Shown here one piece after another: positions 26,566-35,238 of a stretch of DNA of 59,771 bases (the stretch's first letter is position 1; every line of letters begins with the position of its first letter). This DNA comes from a virus (lineage: Duplodnaviria > Caudoviricetes): the IMG/VR virus record IMGVR_UViG_3300035093_000006, positions 1 through 59,771 of that record; one strand, given 5' to 3'. Made by a program: the position numbers and the translations under genes. The notes beneath the pieces are model-generated. The model was not told where the DNA came from and ran no database searches. It was given only the letters and a program-made list of their open reading frames with translations.

Positions 26566-26597
26566 TCCGCGATTCGCGCCTGCTCAGCATTTACCCT
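26566..26597 (+). promoter_or_regulatory. Candidate late promoter TCCGCG-N20-TACCCT (tail tube operon)
   Basis: Intergenic; ATG 26605 follows. Confidence 0.6.
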
Positions 26598-26604
26598 GCG
26601 GCGC

Positions 26605-26853
26605 ATGAGTGGACGACGTGAGTACGGCACCTCGACCGGTTCCGCGCTGAGCGCGAAGGACTGCGCCGACACCCGAGGCATCGTCACGATGCACAACTCG
26701 GAAGGGTCGAACGTCCGCGTCCACTGGAAGGCGTTCGAGGACACCTACCGGGACCAGGGTTGGGAACTGACGGAGCCCACCACTGCCCCCGCGCCGGCCC
26801 TCGACGAACCCGCGGCTCCGGTCGCCGAGCACACCCACGATTCAGGGGAGTAG
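26605..26853 (+). CDS. Small hypothetical protein preceding the tail tube
   Basis: 82 aa; YRDQGWEL motif. Confidence 0.55.
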   Translation: MSGRREYGTSTGSALSAKDCADTRGIVTMHNSEGSNVRVHWKAFEDTYRDQGWELTEPTTAPAPALDEPAAPVAEHTHDSGE

Positions 26854-26859
26854 AGACTC

Positions 26860-27333
26860 ATGGCGAAGTTCTTCCGTCGCGGCCACACCCAGGTCTGGTA
26901 CGTCGCCGCGATCGCCGCGCCGGCCGTACCGACGATCGCCGTGCTGAACGCCGGTACCCAGCTCACCGCGAGCATCGGTGACATGGAGGGCTGGTCGTTC
27001 GCGAACGAGCCGATCGACACGCCGTCCCTCGACTCGCCGTGGGTCTCGAAGATCCCCGGCCCCGACGCGGCGGAGGACTCGGCGCTCGTCTTCTACGAGG
27101 ACGACACGACCAACACGCTGCGCACCACGCTGGCGAAGGGAACCGACGGGTTCATCGTCATCAAGAGCAACGGGTCGGGAGTGGCCGCGCTGATCGCGAC
27201 GGACATCGTGGACGTGTTCAAGGTCGAGGTCTCCGCGACTCCCCGGGCGTACTCGCTCGGCAACGAGGCGGCGACCTGGAAGGCGCAGTTCACGATCACC
27301 GACCCGCCGAACATCGACGTGGCGACGGTCTAG
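26860..27333 (+). CDS. Major tail (tube) protein
   Basis: FFRRG.T.VWYV..IA....PT...LNAGT.LT..I..MEGW..IDTP..SKIPG..GFIVI..VDVF.V.V. Confidence 0.85.
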   Translation: MAKFFRRGHTQVWYVAAIAAPAVPTIAVLNAGTQLTASIGDMEGWSFANEPIDTPSLDSPWVSKIPGPDAAEDSALVFYEDDTTNTLRTTLAKGTDGFIVIKSNGSGVAALIATDIVDVFKVEVSATPRAYSLGNEAATWKAQFTITDPPNIDVATV

Positions 27334-27335
27334 TC

Positions 27336-27971
27336 GTGGCCTCACAACCTGCTGCAGAAGAGTCCGGTGCGGGAAAGGCAACGGGCGACACGGACGGCCC
27401 TCCTACCCCGAAGGGCCGTCCGGTCACGTCCGACCACCAGCGCAAGAAGCAACCCGCCACCCGAGAGACGTGGGTCGTCCTCGAGCCGGAGGCGTCCGAA
27501 GCGTTGGAGACCGCGACGCTCGAGCTGTTCGTCGCCGAGCAAGTCCTGCGCCAGAACGACACGACCGAGCACCGCAAGGCCCGCGACGACGCCCAGGCCA
27601 AGCAGGACGCCGCACGCGACGAGGCGCGGGAGTGCTCGGAGCGGTTCGTGTTCCGCTCGATCGGCCGGACCCGCTTCGATGCGCTGGTGGAGCAGCACCC
27701 ACCCTCCGAGGAGCAGGTGGCGAAGAACGAGCGCGAGCAGAAGGACCGGCCCGCCTGGAACTGGGACACGTTCCCCGAGTCGTTGGTCGCCGCGTCGATC
27801 CAGGTCCCGAAGCACACCGCCCAGGACATCAAGGAGATGTTCGCCTCCGACGACTGGTCCGGCGCCGAGCTCGACGACCTCTTCGCCACGGCCTTGGCCG
27901 CAAACCAGTCGAGCCAGGTGTTCCAACTGGGAAAAGAATCTGGGGTGACGCGCGCTTCCGCGAAGACCTGA
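27336..27971 (+). CDS. Tail assembly chaperone (G)
   Basis: F.FRSIGR..FDALVEQHPP..WN.DTFP..LVAAS; ends ...QLGKESG. Confidence 0.8.
   Translation: MASQPAAEESGAGKATGDTDGPPTPKGRPVTSDHQRKKQPATRETWVVLEPEASEALETATLELFVAEQVLRQNDTTEHRKARDDAQAKQDAARDEARECSERFVFRSIGRTRFDALVEQHPPSEEQVAKNEREQKDRPAWNWDTFPESLVAASIQVPKHTAQDIKEMFASDDWSGAELDDLFATALAANQSSQVFQLGKESGVTRASAKT
27929..27935 (+). other. Programmed -1 ribosomal frameshift site G GGA AAA
   Basis: Slippery heptamer in the correct phase; the -1 frame is open to 28300. Confidence 0.85.
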
Positions 27972-28300
27972 GCTACGCGGTCCCGCATGGCATCCCGTAC
28001 AGCGAGTTCAAGCGGTGGCGGGAGTTCGACCAGGAAGCCGCCCGAGCCTTCGTGCGCGCGCAGGCCGAGGTGTGCCCGTCGTGCGGTACCCGCGAGGTCG
28101 ATTGGGTGGACCCGGCGACCGGCAAACCGTGGAACCCGCCGAAGTTCGAGCCGGCGACGCGCATCGACCACGGCTGCGAGCAGCTCGGCCGTCTGCGCGC
28201 GTCGCTGCCGAACGACACCCAGCAACGTCCCGGCCTCCAGGTCATCGCGGTTCCGTTCACCCCGCCGACGGTCCCTGAGAGCAACGGCGATGCTCCGTAA
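27936..28300 (+). CDS. Tail assembly chaperone frameshifted extension (GT)
   Basis: RIWGDARFREDLSYAVPHGIPYSEFKRW...D...A.A....EVCPSCGT. Confidence 0.8.
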
Positions 28301-28395
28301 CCTGAGGCGCGCATGAGCGCCTTGGCGAGTAGAATCGTGGAGCCGGGAGTGATGAGACCCCCGGCCCCGCTCCGACCCCTGTGTGGAGGGATCAG

Positions 28396-28956
28396 ATGGC
28401 TCCGAAGCCTAGGCCGTTGGCAGAACGCCTTGAGCAGCACTCCGACCGAAGTGGCGGACCAAACGCCTGTTGGCCGTGGCTGTGCTTTGTCCATGAGAAC
28501 GGTTACGGCGTCATCACGGTCTCTCAGCGAACCATGCTCGTGCATCGCATCGCGTACACCGAGTACGTCGGTCCGATCGCCGAGGGGTTCACGGTCGACC
28601 ATCTGTGCCACGACCCCGAGCAGTGCCCAGGCGGGAAGACGTGCCCGCACCGACGCTGCACGAACCCGAGCCACCTCGGGCTCAAGACGCGCGGCGACAA
28701 CGCGCGACGGGCGAACAACGCGAACGCGCGCAAGACACACTGCAAACAAGGCCACAAGTTCACGCCGGAGAACACAAGATTCACTCCAGCCGGGAAGCGG
28801 ATATGCGCTACCTGCAAGCGGGGTTGGGATCAAGCATTGCGGGACCGTGCCGGGGACGAGATCAACGCGCGGCGCCGCAATCGGACGCGCGCTGAGAAGG
28901 ATCTGGCCAACGCGCGTAAACGCAAGTACCGGCGCCGGCGCGCTCTTTCTGGGTAG
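28396..28956 (+). CDS. HNH homing endonuclease
   Basis: CWPW..GYG..VHRIAY..GPI..VDHLC..HRRCTNPSHL..DN..KTHCKQGH.F; TAGAAT at 28330 and a hairpin leader. Confidence 0.9.
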   Translation: MAPKPRPLAERLEQHSDRSGGPNACWPWLCFVHENGYGVITVSQRTMLVHRIAYTEYVGPIAEGFTVDHLCHDPEQCPGGKTCPHRRCTNPSHLGLKTRGDNARRANNANARKTHCKQGHKFTPENTRFTPAGKRICATCKRGWDQALRDRAGDEINARRRNRTRAEKDLANARKRKYRRRRALSG

Positions 28957-28974
28957 ACCACGAGGGGAGTCCTA

Positions 28975-31900
28975 GTGGCTTCTCGCGTGTTGGAAGTCCG
29001 GCTGATCGGTGACGCGGGCAACTACGCCGCGACCCTGCGCAAGGCCGCGTCCGATACCCAACGCTTCGGCGACCGGGTCAACGCGACGAGCAAGAGCACC
29101 GCGACCGCAGGCACCCACGCCCAGCGCGCCGCGACCTCGTTCGGCCGCTACGGGACGGCGGCGAGCATGGCCGCGGGGCACACGAACGCGGCGGGCAAGG
29201 CGACCTCCTACCTCGGCTCCGTGCTCCAGACCGCGACCGGGACCATGATCGGCTTCGTCGCCGCGTCCGCGCTGATCTCGGGGGTCGGGCGCGCGTTCTC
29301 TGCGGTGTCGGATGCGGTGATCGACTTCGACCGCAACATGCGAAACGTCCAGTCGATCACCCTCCAGTCCGACCGGTCCCTGTCGCGGATGGGCGACACG
29401 ATCCTCGGCTTGTCGAACCGGCTCCCGCAGTCCGCGTCCGAACTCTCGGCCGGCCTCTACGACATCGCGTCCTCAGGGTTCAAGGGTGCGGCTGGGGTGC
29501 GGGTGCTGGAGACCGCAGCGGTAGCCGCGTCCGCGGGGCTCTCGTCCACCGCGACCTCGGCCAAGGGAATCGTCGCGGTCCTCAACGCGTACGGCCTCGG
29601 CGCGGACAAGGCGAAGCAGGTCAGCGACGAGCTGTTCCAGACCGTGAACGTCGGCATCGTCACCTTCGACGAGCTCGCGTCCCAGGTTGGTGACTTCGTC
29701 GGCACCGCCGCCGCGCTGGGGGTCCCGTTCAAGGATCTCGGCTCCGCGTTCGCGGCCATCACTCTCGGCGGGGTCAACTCGGCCGAGGCGGCTACTTCGC
29801 TGAACCGCGTGCTCATCACCATGATCTCTCCCGGCGAAGAACTCGCGGCCACGTTCCGGTCGTGGGGCTTCGAGTCGGGGTCGGCCGCGGTGCAGGCGCT
29901 CGGGCTGCGCGGTGTGATGGAGCGCATCCGCACCGAGACGGGCGGGACCGCGGCGGCGATGCAAGCCCTGTTCCCGGAGATGCGCGCCGCTCGGGGCGCG
30001 TTCATGCTCGTGGCCGCGGAAGGCCGCAACTACGCGCGGGCCGCGGGGGAGATGGCGAAGGCGTCCCTCGGTCTGGGCGCGAGCCAGCGGGCACTGAACG
30101 AGCAGAGCAAGGGGCTCGGCTTCCAGCTCGAGATTATGAAGAACAACATCGTGAACGCGGGGGTGGCGCTCGGGTCCGACATGGCGCCGGGCCTCGCGAA
30201 GGGGATCGCGGGGATGCGCGACCTCGGGCGCGAGGCGATGTCCGTGGGTCGCGAGTTCGGGGAGGCCATCGCTCCGGGGGTGGACGCGGCAGGCCGCGCG
30301 CTCGCGGATCTGGGGGACATCGCCGAGGCCGCGTGGGAGGCCCTCTCGCCGATCCTGGAGTTCGGCGGGGCGGTTGGGCTCCAGGCCGCCGCGGTGACGT
30401 TCAACGCCATCGCGGCCAGCGTCGAGGAGCTCACCGGGTTCCTCTCGGATCACGACGAGATCGTGAAGGCCGTCGCCATCGCCTACTCGGCGCATCTGGT
30501 GATCGGGCTCACCCGGGCCGCGGCCGGGTTCGCGGCGCTGCAGCGCGTCCGGGTCGGCATCTGGCTCCTCGGCATCCAGTCCGGGTTCGCGGGACTCACG
30601 GCCCGGCTCGCCATGTTCAACTCCCTCCTGGCCGGCGGGGTGCCGATCGCGTCCGCGTGGCGCGGCGCGATGGCCGGGATGCTCACCGGTACGGCGGTGC
30701 TCACCGCGGGCCTCGCGGTCGCGATCGGGATGCTGGTCGCCTACAAGGCCGCTCGGGACAAGGCATTCGCCGAGGGTGACGCGGCGGCGAAGGAGATCAC
30801 CGCCGGGTTCAACCTCGACACGCTCAAGTCCTACGAGCGGGCCATCGCTGCGAACCAGCGCGCGGGGGACACCGCCAGGAAGGCGGGCAAGGAGTACGAG
30901 GGTCTGGGTGGTGCGCTGCGTACCGCGGCCGAGGCCCTGAGTCCGTTCAACGAGAACAAGGGCGAAGAGAACCTCGGCGTCATTCGTGGGAGCCGAAAGG
31001 AGGTCGAACGCCTCTCGGGCGAGTACCTGCGCCTCGGGCGCAACATCTCGAAGGTCATCGACAGTGCCGGGCTCGTCGGCAAGCGGCCTCTGCTGATGGG
31101 TTCCACCCCCGAGGCACTCGCGGCGGCGACCACCGCGGTACGCAAGTGGGAGCAGACATCATCGCGGGCGGCGCGCAACGTAGCGATCTTCGCCGACGTG
31201 ATGGGTGTCGACCTGCGCCAGGGCGGAGAGAAGGGCGAGCGCGCGGTGCGCCGGGTGACCCGCGCGCTGATGGAGACAGGCAAGGGCGCCGGGTTCTCCG
31301 CGGAACAGGTCGCGCGCATGAGCGCGAGCCAGATTGCGTCGCTCGGTGACGCCGAGGAAGCCGCCACGAAGTACCGCCAGGGCGTGTTCGACGCGTTCTC
31401 GAAGACGGGCGACATCATCGGCAAGTTGGGCGCCGATCCGTCGAAGCTGAGCCGCGGCGCGATCGAAGCGTTCTACAACGACACGATCGCCCAGAACGAC
31501 AAGTTCCTCGCGAACATCCAGGCCGCCTACCGCACGAAGATCCCGACGAGCCTGATCGCCAAGATGCTCGTCGCCGGCCCGGAAGCCGCGGGCCCGTTGC
31601 TCCAGACGATCCTCGACAACTACGACGACGCCTTCGGTGACTTCCTCACCAAGCAGGAGGCCAGGCTGGCGAAGATGGCGTCGTTCGCCGCGCAGATCGC
31701 GTCGCTCCAACAGATCGCGCTGACTGGTGGCCCGGCGACGGCTGCGCTGCTCCCCGACGCGATCGCGATCCTGCAGGAGTTCCAGGCCGAGATCGACGCG
31801 GGCGCACCCGCGACCATCCAGTCGATCGCGGAGTCGCTCAAGATGCCCGAGTCGGTGGTCGCCACGATCGCCGCGACGTACTCGATCCCGGTACCTGACG

Positions 31901-34900
31901 TGAAGGTGCGGGTCCTGGTCGACCAGGTGACGATGGGGATGACGCAGGAAGAGCTGCGCGCGTTCGTGACGGGTATCGACGCCCTGCCGACCGAGATCCT
32001 CGTCGAGCCGAGGATCGACGACCCGGAGGCGCTGAGCACCTGGGCCGACAAGGCGCGCGTCGCGCTGGTCGAGGTGGAAGGCATCGACCCGACGATCGTT
32101 GCGGGCCTCAAGGACGACCAGGATCTGCTCGCGTTCTTCCGGGCACTGCGGGAACGGCAGGACGCGATCCGGCTCTACCTCGGCCTCAGTGTCGACGTGA
32201 ACGACATGGCGACCCCGAAGCTGCAACTGGTGCAGACGATGATGGACCGGCTGCGCGCCAGTCCGAACGCCTTCCTGAACGTGACCACGACACGTTTCGA
32301 GCGGGTCATCACCGGAGGGGGCTCGCCGTTCGGTGGGAGCGGGAACCGCAAGAACCCGGCCATCGGAGGGATCATCGAGTTCGCCGACGGGGGCATCCAC
32401 CAGGCCCGCCCCGCGAATGTTCGGAACGCTTCGACCACGGCCCGCCCGCGCAACCTCGCCCAGCGGATCGCGTCCCGCGTGCGGTCCTTCGCCCAGGGCG
32501 GTATCGTCGGCCAGCCTGCCAGGGGCGCGGTGCGACGGCCGGTGTCGGGAGGGGCCGGGGGCTGGACCCCGGAGGTTCCAAGCCTTCCCGGCCCGGCCGT
32601 CCGCACGTTCCGCGACGGGGGCACGACCGAGCACCACGTCGCCGGAGCCCGCTGGATCTCACGCGGTGGGCGCGTGCTCTCGTTCAGCCAGGGCGGAATC
32701 ACCGAGTCCCACACGACCGGAGCCACCCGGCGCGCGGTCGCGCGCGGTGGTCTGAGCGACTCCCGCTCCACTGGCCCCACGATCCGCGCGTTCGCGCGGG
32801 GCGGTCTCCACGAGTCCCACGAGCGGGGCTCGGTCTCTCGGCGCTCCGCCACCGGTGGCCTGACCGAGGGGCGTCACGAAGGAGCCCGCCGGCTCCTGTC
32901 GTTCGCGCGCGGGGGACTGATCGAACGGCACACGACCAGCCCGACCATCCGGGCCTTCGCCACTGGCGGGATCGTGGAGACCCACCGCGCCGCGCCGATC
33001 CTGCGCCGCACCACGAACATGCGCGACACCGAGGAGCACCGCACCGGAGGCGTCGCGCGCTCCTTCGCCGCGGGGGGCCTGACGGAGCACCACATCGGCG
33101 CAGATCGGTCGGTCGTCACCAGCGGGGGCCGTGTGCTCGCCTTCGCTCACGGCGGGCTCACCGAGTCCCGGACGACGGGGCCGCGCGTTCGCGCGTTCGC
33201 TGATGGAGGCGTGAGCGAGTCGCTGTTCACCGGTACGCGCTCGGTGCGCTCCGATGGAGCCACCGAATCGACCAGCACCGGCCCGACCGTCCGCACGTAC
33301 GAGCTCGGTGGGCTGCACGAATCGCACCGCGCCGATCGGAGCACGCAGCAGAGCGAGACGCTCGGCCGTCGGGTGCTCGCGTTCGCGGACGGGGGCCTAA
33401 CCGAGTCTCGCGTGGGTGGAGCAGTCGTCCGCTCAATCACCGACGCTCGCACCGAGGCGCACACCGGTACGACCGTGCACGCGCTGAGCCACGGCGGGTT
33501 CGTCGAGTCCCGGGTCATCGGGGGCCGGACGCTGACCTTCGCCCGCGGTGGAGTGGTCGAGTCCCACACCGGAGCACCAGTCACCCGCACGTTCAGTACC
33601 GGGGGAGTCTCCGGGCACCACCAGCGCGGCCCGGTGGTGCGGTCGTTCGCCGACGGCGGCGTCCTCACGCACGCCGAGAGCAACGCCACGCGTTCCCGCT
33701 CCACCTCGGAGCACCTGACCGAGGCCCACGCGCGCTCGCGGGTCCGGTCGTTCTCGGACGGCGCGGTCACGACCTCGACCCAGAACACGGCCCACGTCGC
33801 CGAGCAGACCGAGCGGTTCACCACCCTCGTCCGCGCGTTCGCGCACGGCGGGATCACCGTCTCCCCGGCCACGGCCGGCGCGCTCGCGGGAGCCGACCCC
33901 ACGGTGCAGCGGGCGGTCACTTCGCACTTCACGAATCACGAAGCGCGCACCACGACGAACGAGGTCCGCACCTTCGCCAAGGGCGGGATGAGCGACGACC
34001 CCCACACCGCGACGATCGCGAAGGCAGGCGACTGGCGGGTCTGGGCCGAACCGGAGACCGGCGGCGAGGCGTACATCCCCCTGGCCGCGGCGAAGCGCAA
34101 GCGGTCGACCGCGATCCTCGAGGAGGTGGCCCAGCGGTTCGGGCTCCAGCTCGTGTCCCAGAGCGCGACCCCGTTCGCGCAGGGCGGCACGACGACGACC
34201 AGCACCAGCACCTCGAGCTCGAGCCGGTCGACCTCCGTGGTGGAGCGCCTGGTGCGCCAGGTCACCGACCGGATCAGCCGAGCGGCCCGGACGTGGAGTG
34301 AGACGGGCCAGCGGGTCGTGGACGTGCTCCAGCGCACCCAGACGGTACGGAGCACCCAGGAGACGACGAACCGGACATCGACCGACACGCAGGTCGCCCG
34401 GCTCCTGGCCTCTCAGGGCCGCTCTACCACCTCGACCGCTCAGACCTCCACCTCGACCCGTTCAGCCTCGCAGCGGTCCACCACGGCCGAGAGACGCCAG
34501 ATCGTGAGCACGACCAGCCTGCGGGAGTCCAGGGAACGGCGGGTGGTCGGTCGGGTCGCCACGGAGCGTCTGATCCAGGAGTCCTCCGCGGTGCGCAGAG
34601 TGGCCGACGAGCGGACGCGGGTGGAGACGCTCGCCTTCCGCCGGATGGGCACCCTCGCCGGTCGCGAGGCCACGAGCACCCGAGCTGCACCGAAGCCGGG
34701 CGAGGCCGTCCCCGACTTCGAGCGGGCCGCGCGCGCCCGAGCTCGCACAGAGGACACCGCGGCGGAGGTCCGGCTGCGTCACGACCGCTCGCTGATCGAC
34801 GAGTTCACCCGGTCCTGGTCCGAGACGATGGTCCAGCCCAACCGGGGGACCCCGAAGCCGCCAGCACCCGAGCGCGAGATCACCGAAGTGCTCCGCTCCC

Positions 34901-35238
34901 TCAGCCGCGAACAGTCCGAGAGCGCGGTGGTGCTGCGCCGCGTCGCGCAGACCGCGTCCACCGTCCATCGCAGCGCGGAGACGACCCTCACCCGCGCGAC
35001 CCACCAGACGCTCCCCGCCCAGCAGCCCGCGCCGGCACCGACCCGCTCCGGGCACCCGAACCTCGCGCCGGCCAGCGGGGGTGGCGGGACCGTGGTCAAC
35101 GCGCCGGTCACGATCCAGTGGAACGGCCCGGTCTACGGCGACGAAGCCCTGAAGGCCACCGCGCAGTCGATCGCGCAGCGGGTCGTGTCGGACTCGGCGG
35201 AGGATCAGGCCCAGCGGATCAGGCAACGGAGCAACTGA
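28975..35238 (+). CDS. Tape measure protein (TP901-family core) with expanded C-terminal FAxGG repeat array
   Basis: 2087 aa; FDRNMRNV..LY.IASSG..D.LFQTV..G.VTF.ELA core; TM-like segment; WRVWAEPETGGEAYIPL domain; follows the chaperones. Confidence 0.95.
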   Translation: MASRVLEVRLIGDAGNYAATLRKAASDTQRFGDRVNATSKSTATAGTHAQRAATSFGRYGTAASMAAGHTNAAGKATSYLGSVLQTATGTMIGFVAASALISGVGRAFSAVSDAVIDFDRNMRNVQSITLQSDRSLSRMGDTILGLSNRLPQSASELSAGLYDIASSGFKGAAGVRVLETAAVAASAGLSSTATSAKGIVAVLNAYGLGADKAKQVSDELFQTVNVGIVTFDELASQVGDFVGTAAALGVPFKDLGSAFAAITLGGVNSAEAATSLNRVLITMISPGEELAATFRSWGFESGSAAVQALGLRGVMERIRTETGGTAAAMQALFPEMRAARGAFMLVAAEGRNYARAAGEMAKASLGLGASQRALNEQSKGLGFQLEIMKNNIVNAGVALGSDMAPGLAKGIAGMRDLGREAMSVGREFGEAIAPGVDAAGRALADLGDIAEAAWEALSPILEFGGAVGLQAAAVTFNAIAASVEELTGFLSDHDEIVKAVAIAYSAHLVIGLTRAAAGFAALQRVRVGIWLLGIQSGFAGLTARLAMFNSLLAGGVPIASAWRGAMAGMLTGTAVLTAGLAVAIGMLVAYKAARDKAFAEGDAAAKEITAGFNLDTLKSYERAIAANQRAGDTARKAGKEYEGLGGALRTAAEALSPFNENKGEENLGVIRGSRKEVERLSGEYLRLGRNISKVIDSAGLVGKRPLLMGSTPEALAAATTAVRKWEQTSSRAARNVAIFADVMGVDLRQGGEKGERAVRRVTRALMETGKGAGFSAEQVARMSASQIASLGDAEEAATKYRQGVFDAFSKTGDIIGKLGADPSKLSRGAIEAFYNDTIAQNDKFLANIQAAYRTKIPTSLIAKMLVAGPEAAGPLLQTILDNYDDAFGDFLTKQEARLAKMASFAAQIASLQQIALTGGPATAALLPDAIAILQEFQAEIDAGAPATIQSIAESLKMPESVVATIAATYSIPVPDVKVRVLVDQVTMGMTQEELRAFVTGIDALPTEILVEPRIDDPEALSTWADKARVALVEVEGIDPTIVAGLKDDQDLLAFFRALRERQDAIRLYLGLSVDVNDMATPKLQLVQTMMDRLRASPNAFLNVTTTRFERVITGGGSPFGGSGNRKNPAIGGIIEFADGGIHQARPANVRNASTTARPRNLAQRIASRVRSFAQGGIVGQPARGAVRRPVSGGAGGWTPEVPSLPGPAVRTFRDGGTTEHHVAGARWISRGGRVLSFSQGGITESHTTGATRRAVARGGLSDSRSTGPTIRAFARGGLHESHERGSVSRRSATGGLTEGRHEGARRLLSFARGGLIERHTTSPTIRAFATGGIVETHRAAPILRRTTNMRDTEEHRTGGVARSFAAGGLTEHHIGADRSVVTSGGRVLAFAHGGLTESRTTGPRVRAFADGGVSESLFTGTRSVRSDGATESTSTGPTVRTYELGGLHESHRADRSTQQSETLGRRVLAFADGGLTESRVGGAVVRSITDARTEAHTGTTVHALSHGGFVESRVIGGRTLTFARGGVVESHTGAPVTRTFSTGGVSGHHQRGPVVRSFADGGVLTHAESNATRSRSTSEHLTEAHARSRVRSFSDGAVTTSTQNTAHVAEQTERFTTLVRAFAHGGITVSPATAGALAGADPTVQRAVTSHFTNHEARTTTNEVRTFAKGGMSDDPHTATIAKAGDWRVWAEPETGGEAYIPLAAAKRKRSTAILEEVAQRFGLQLVSQSATPFAQGGTTTTSTSTSSSSRSTSVVERLVRQVTDRISRAARTWSETGQRVVDVLQRTQTVRSTQETTNRTSTDTQVARLLASQGRSTTSTAQTSTSTRSASQRSTTAERRQIVSTTSLRESRERRVVGRVATERLIQESSAVRRVADERTRVETLAFRRMGTLAGREATSTRAAPKPGEAVPDFERAARARARTEDTAAEVRLRHDRSLIDEFTRSWSETMVQPNRGTPKPPAPEREITEVLRSLSREQSESAVVLRRVAQTASTVHRSAETTLTRATHQTLPAQQPAPAPTRSGHPNLAPASGGGGTVVNAPVTIQWNGPVYGDEALKATAQSIAQRVVSDSAEDQAQRIRQRSN
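32380..34188 (+). repeat. About 22 degenerate R-x-F-A-x-G-G-h-x-E-x-H peptide repeats
   Basis: Counted by eye in the translation (FADGG, FAQGG, FRDGG, FSQGG, FARGG x3, FATGG, FAAGG, FAHGG x2, FSTGG, FAKGG and looser copies). Confidence 0.9.

Noticed and set aside
28680-28690. CTCAAGACG as a fourth boundary repeat
   Set aside because: It is only a 9-bp match inside an HNH coding region, not at a gene junction.
24693-28956. HNH genes as group I intron ORFs or inteins
   Set aside because: The flanking tail genes are intact with their own starts and stops, and there is no space for intron core elements.
32380-34188. Tape measure repeats as a diversity-generating retroelement or shufflon
   Set aside because: There is no reverse transcriptase or invertase in the window. 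The repeats are conserved at protein level and diverged at DNA level, without an adenine-specific pattern that I could see.
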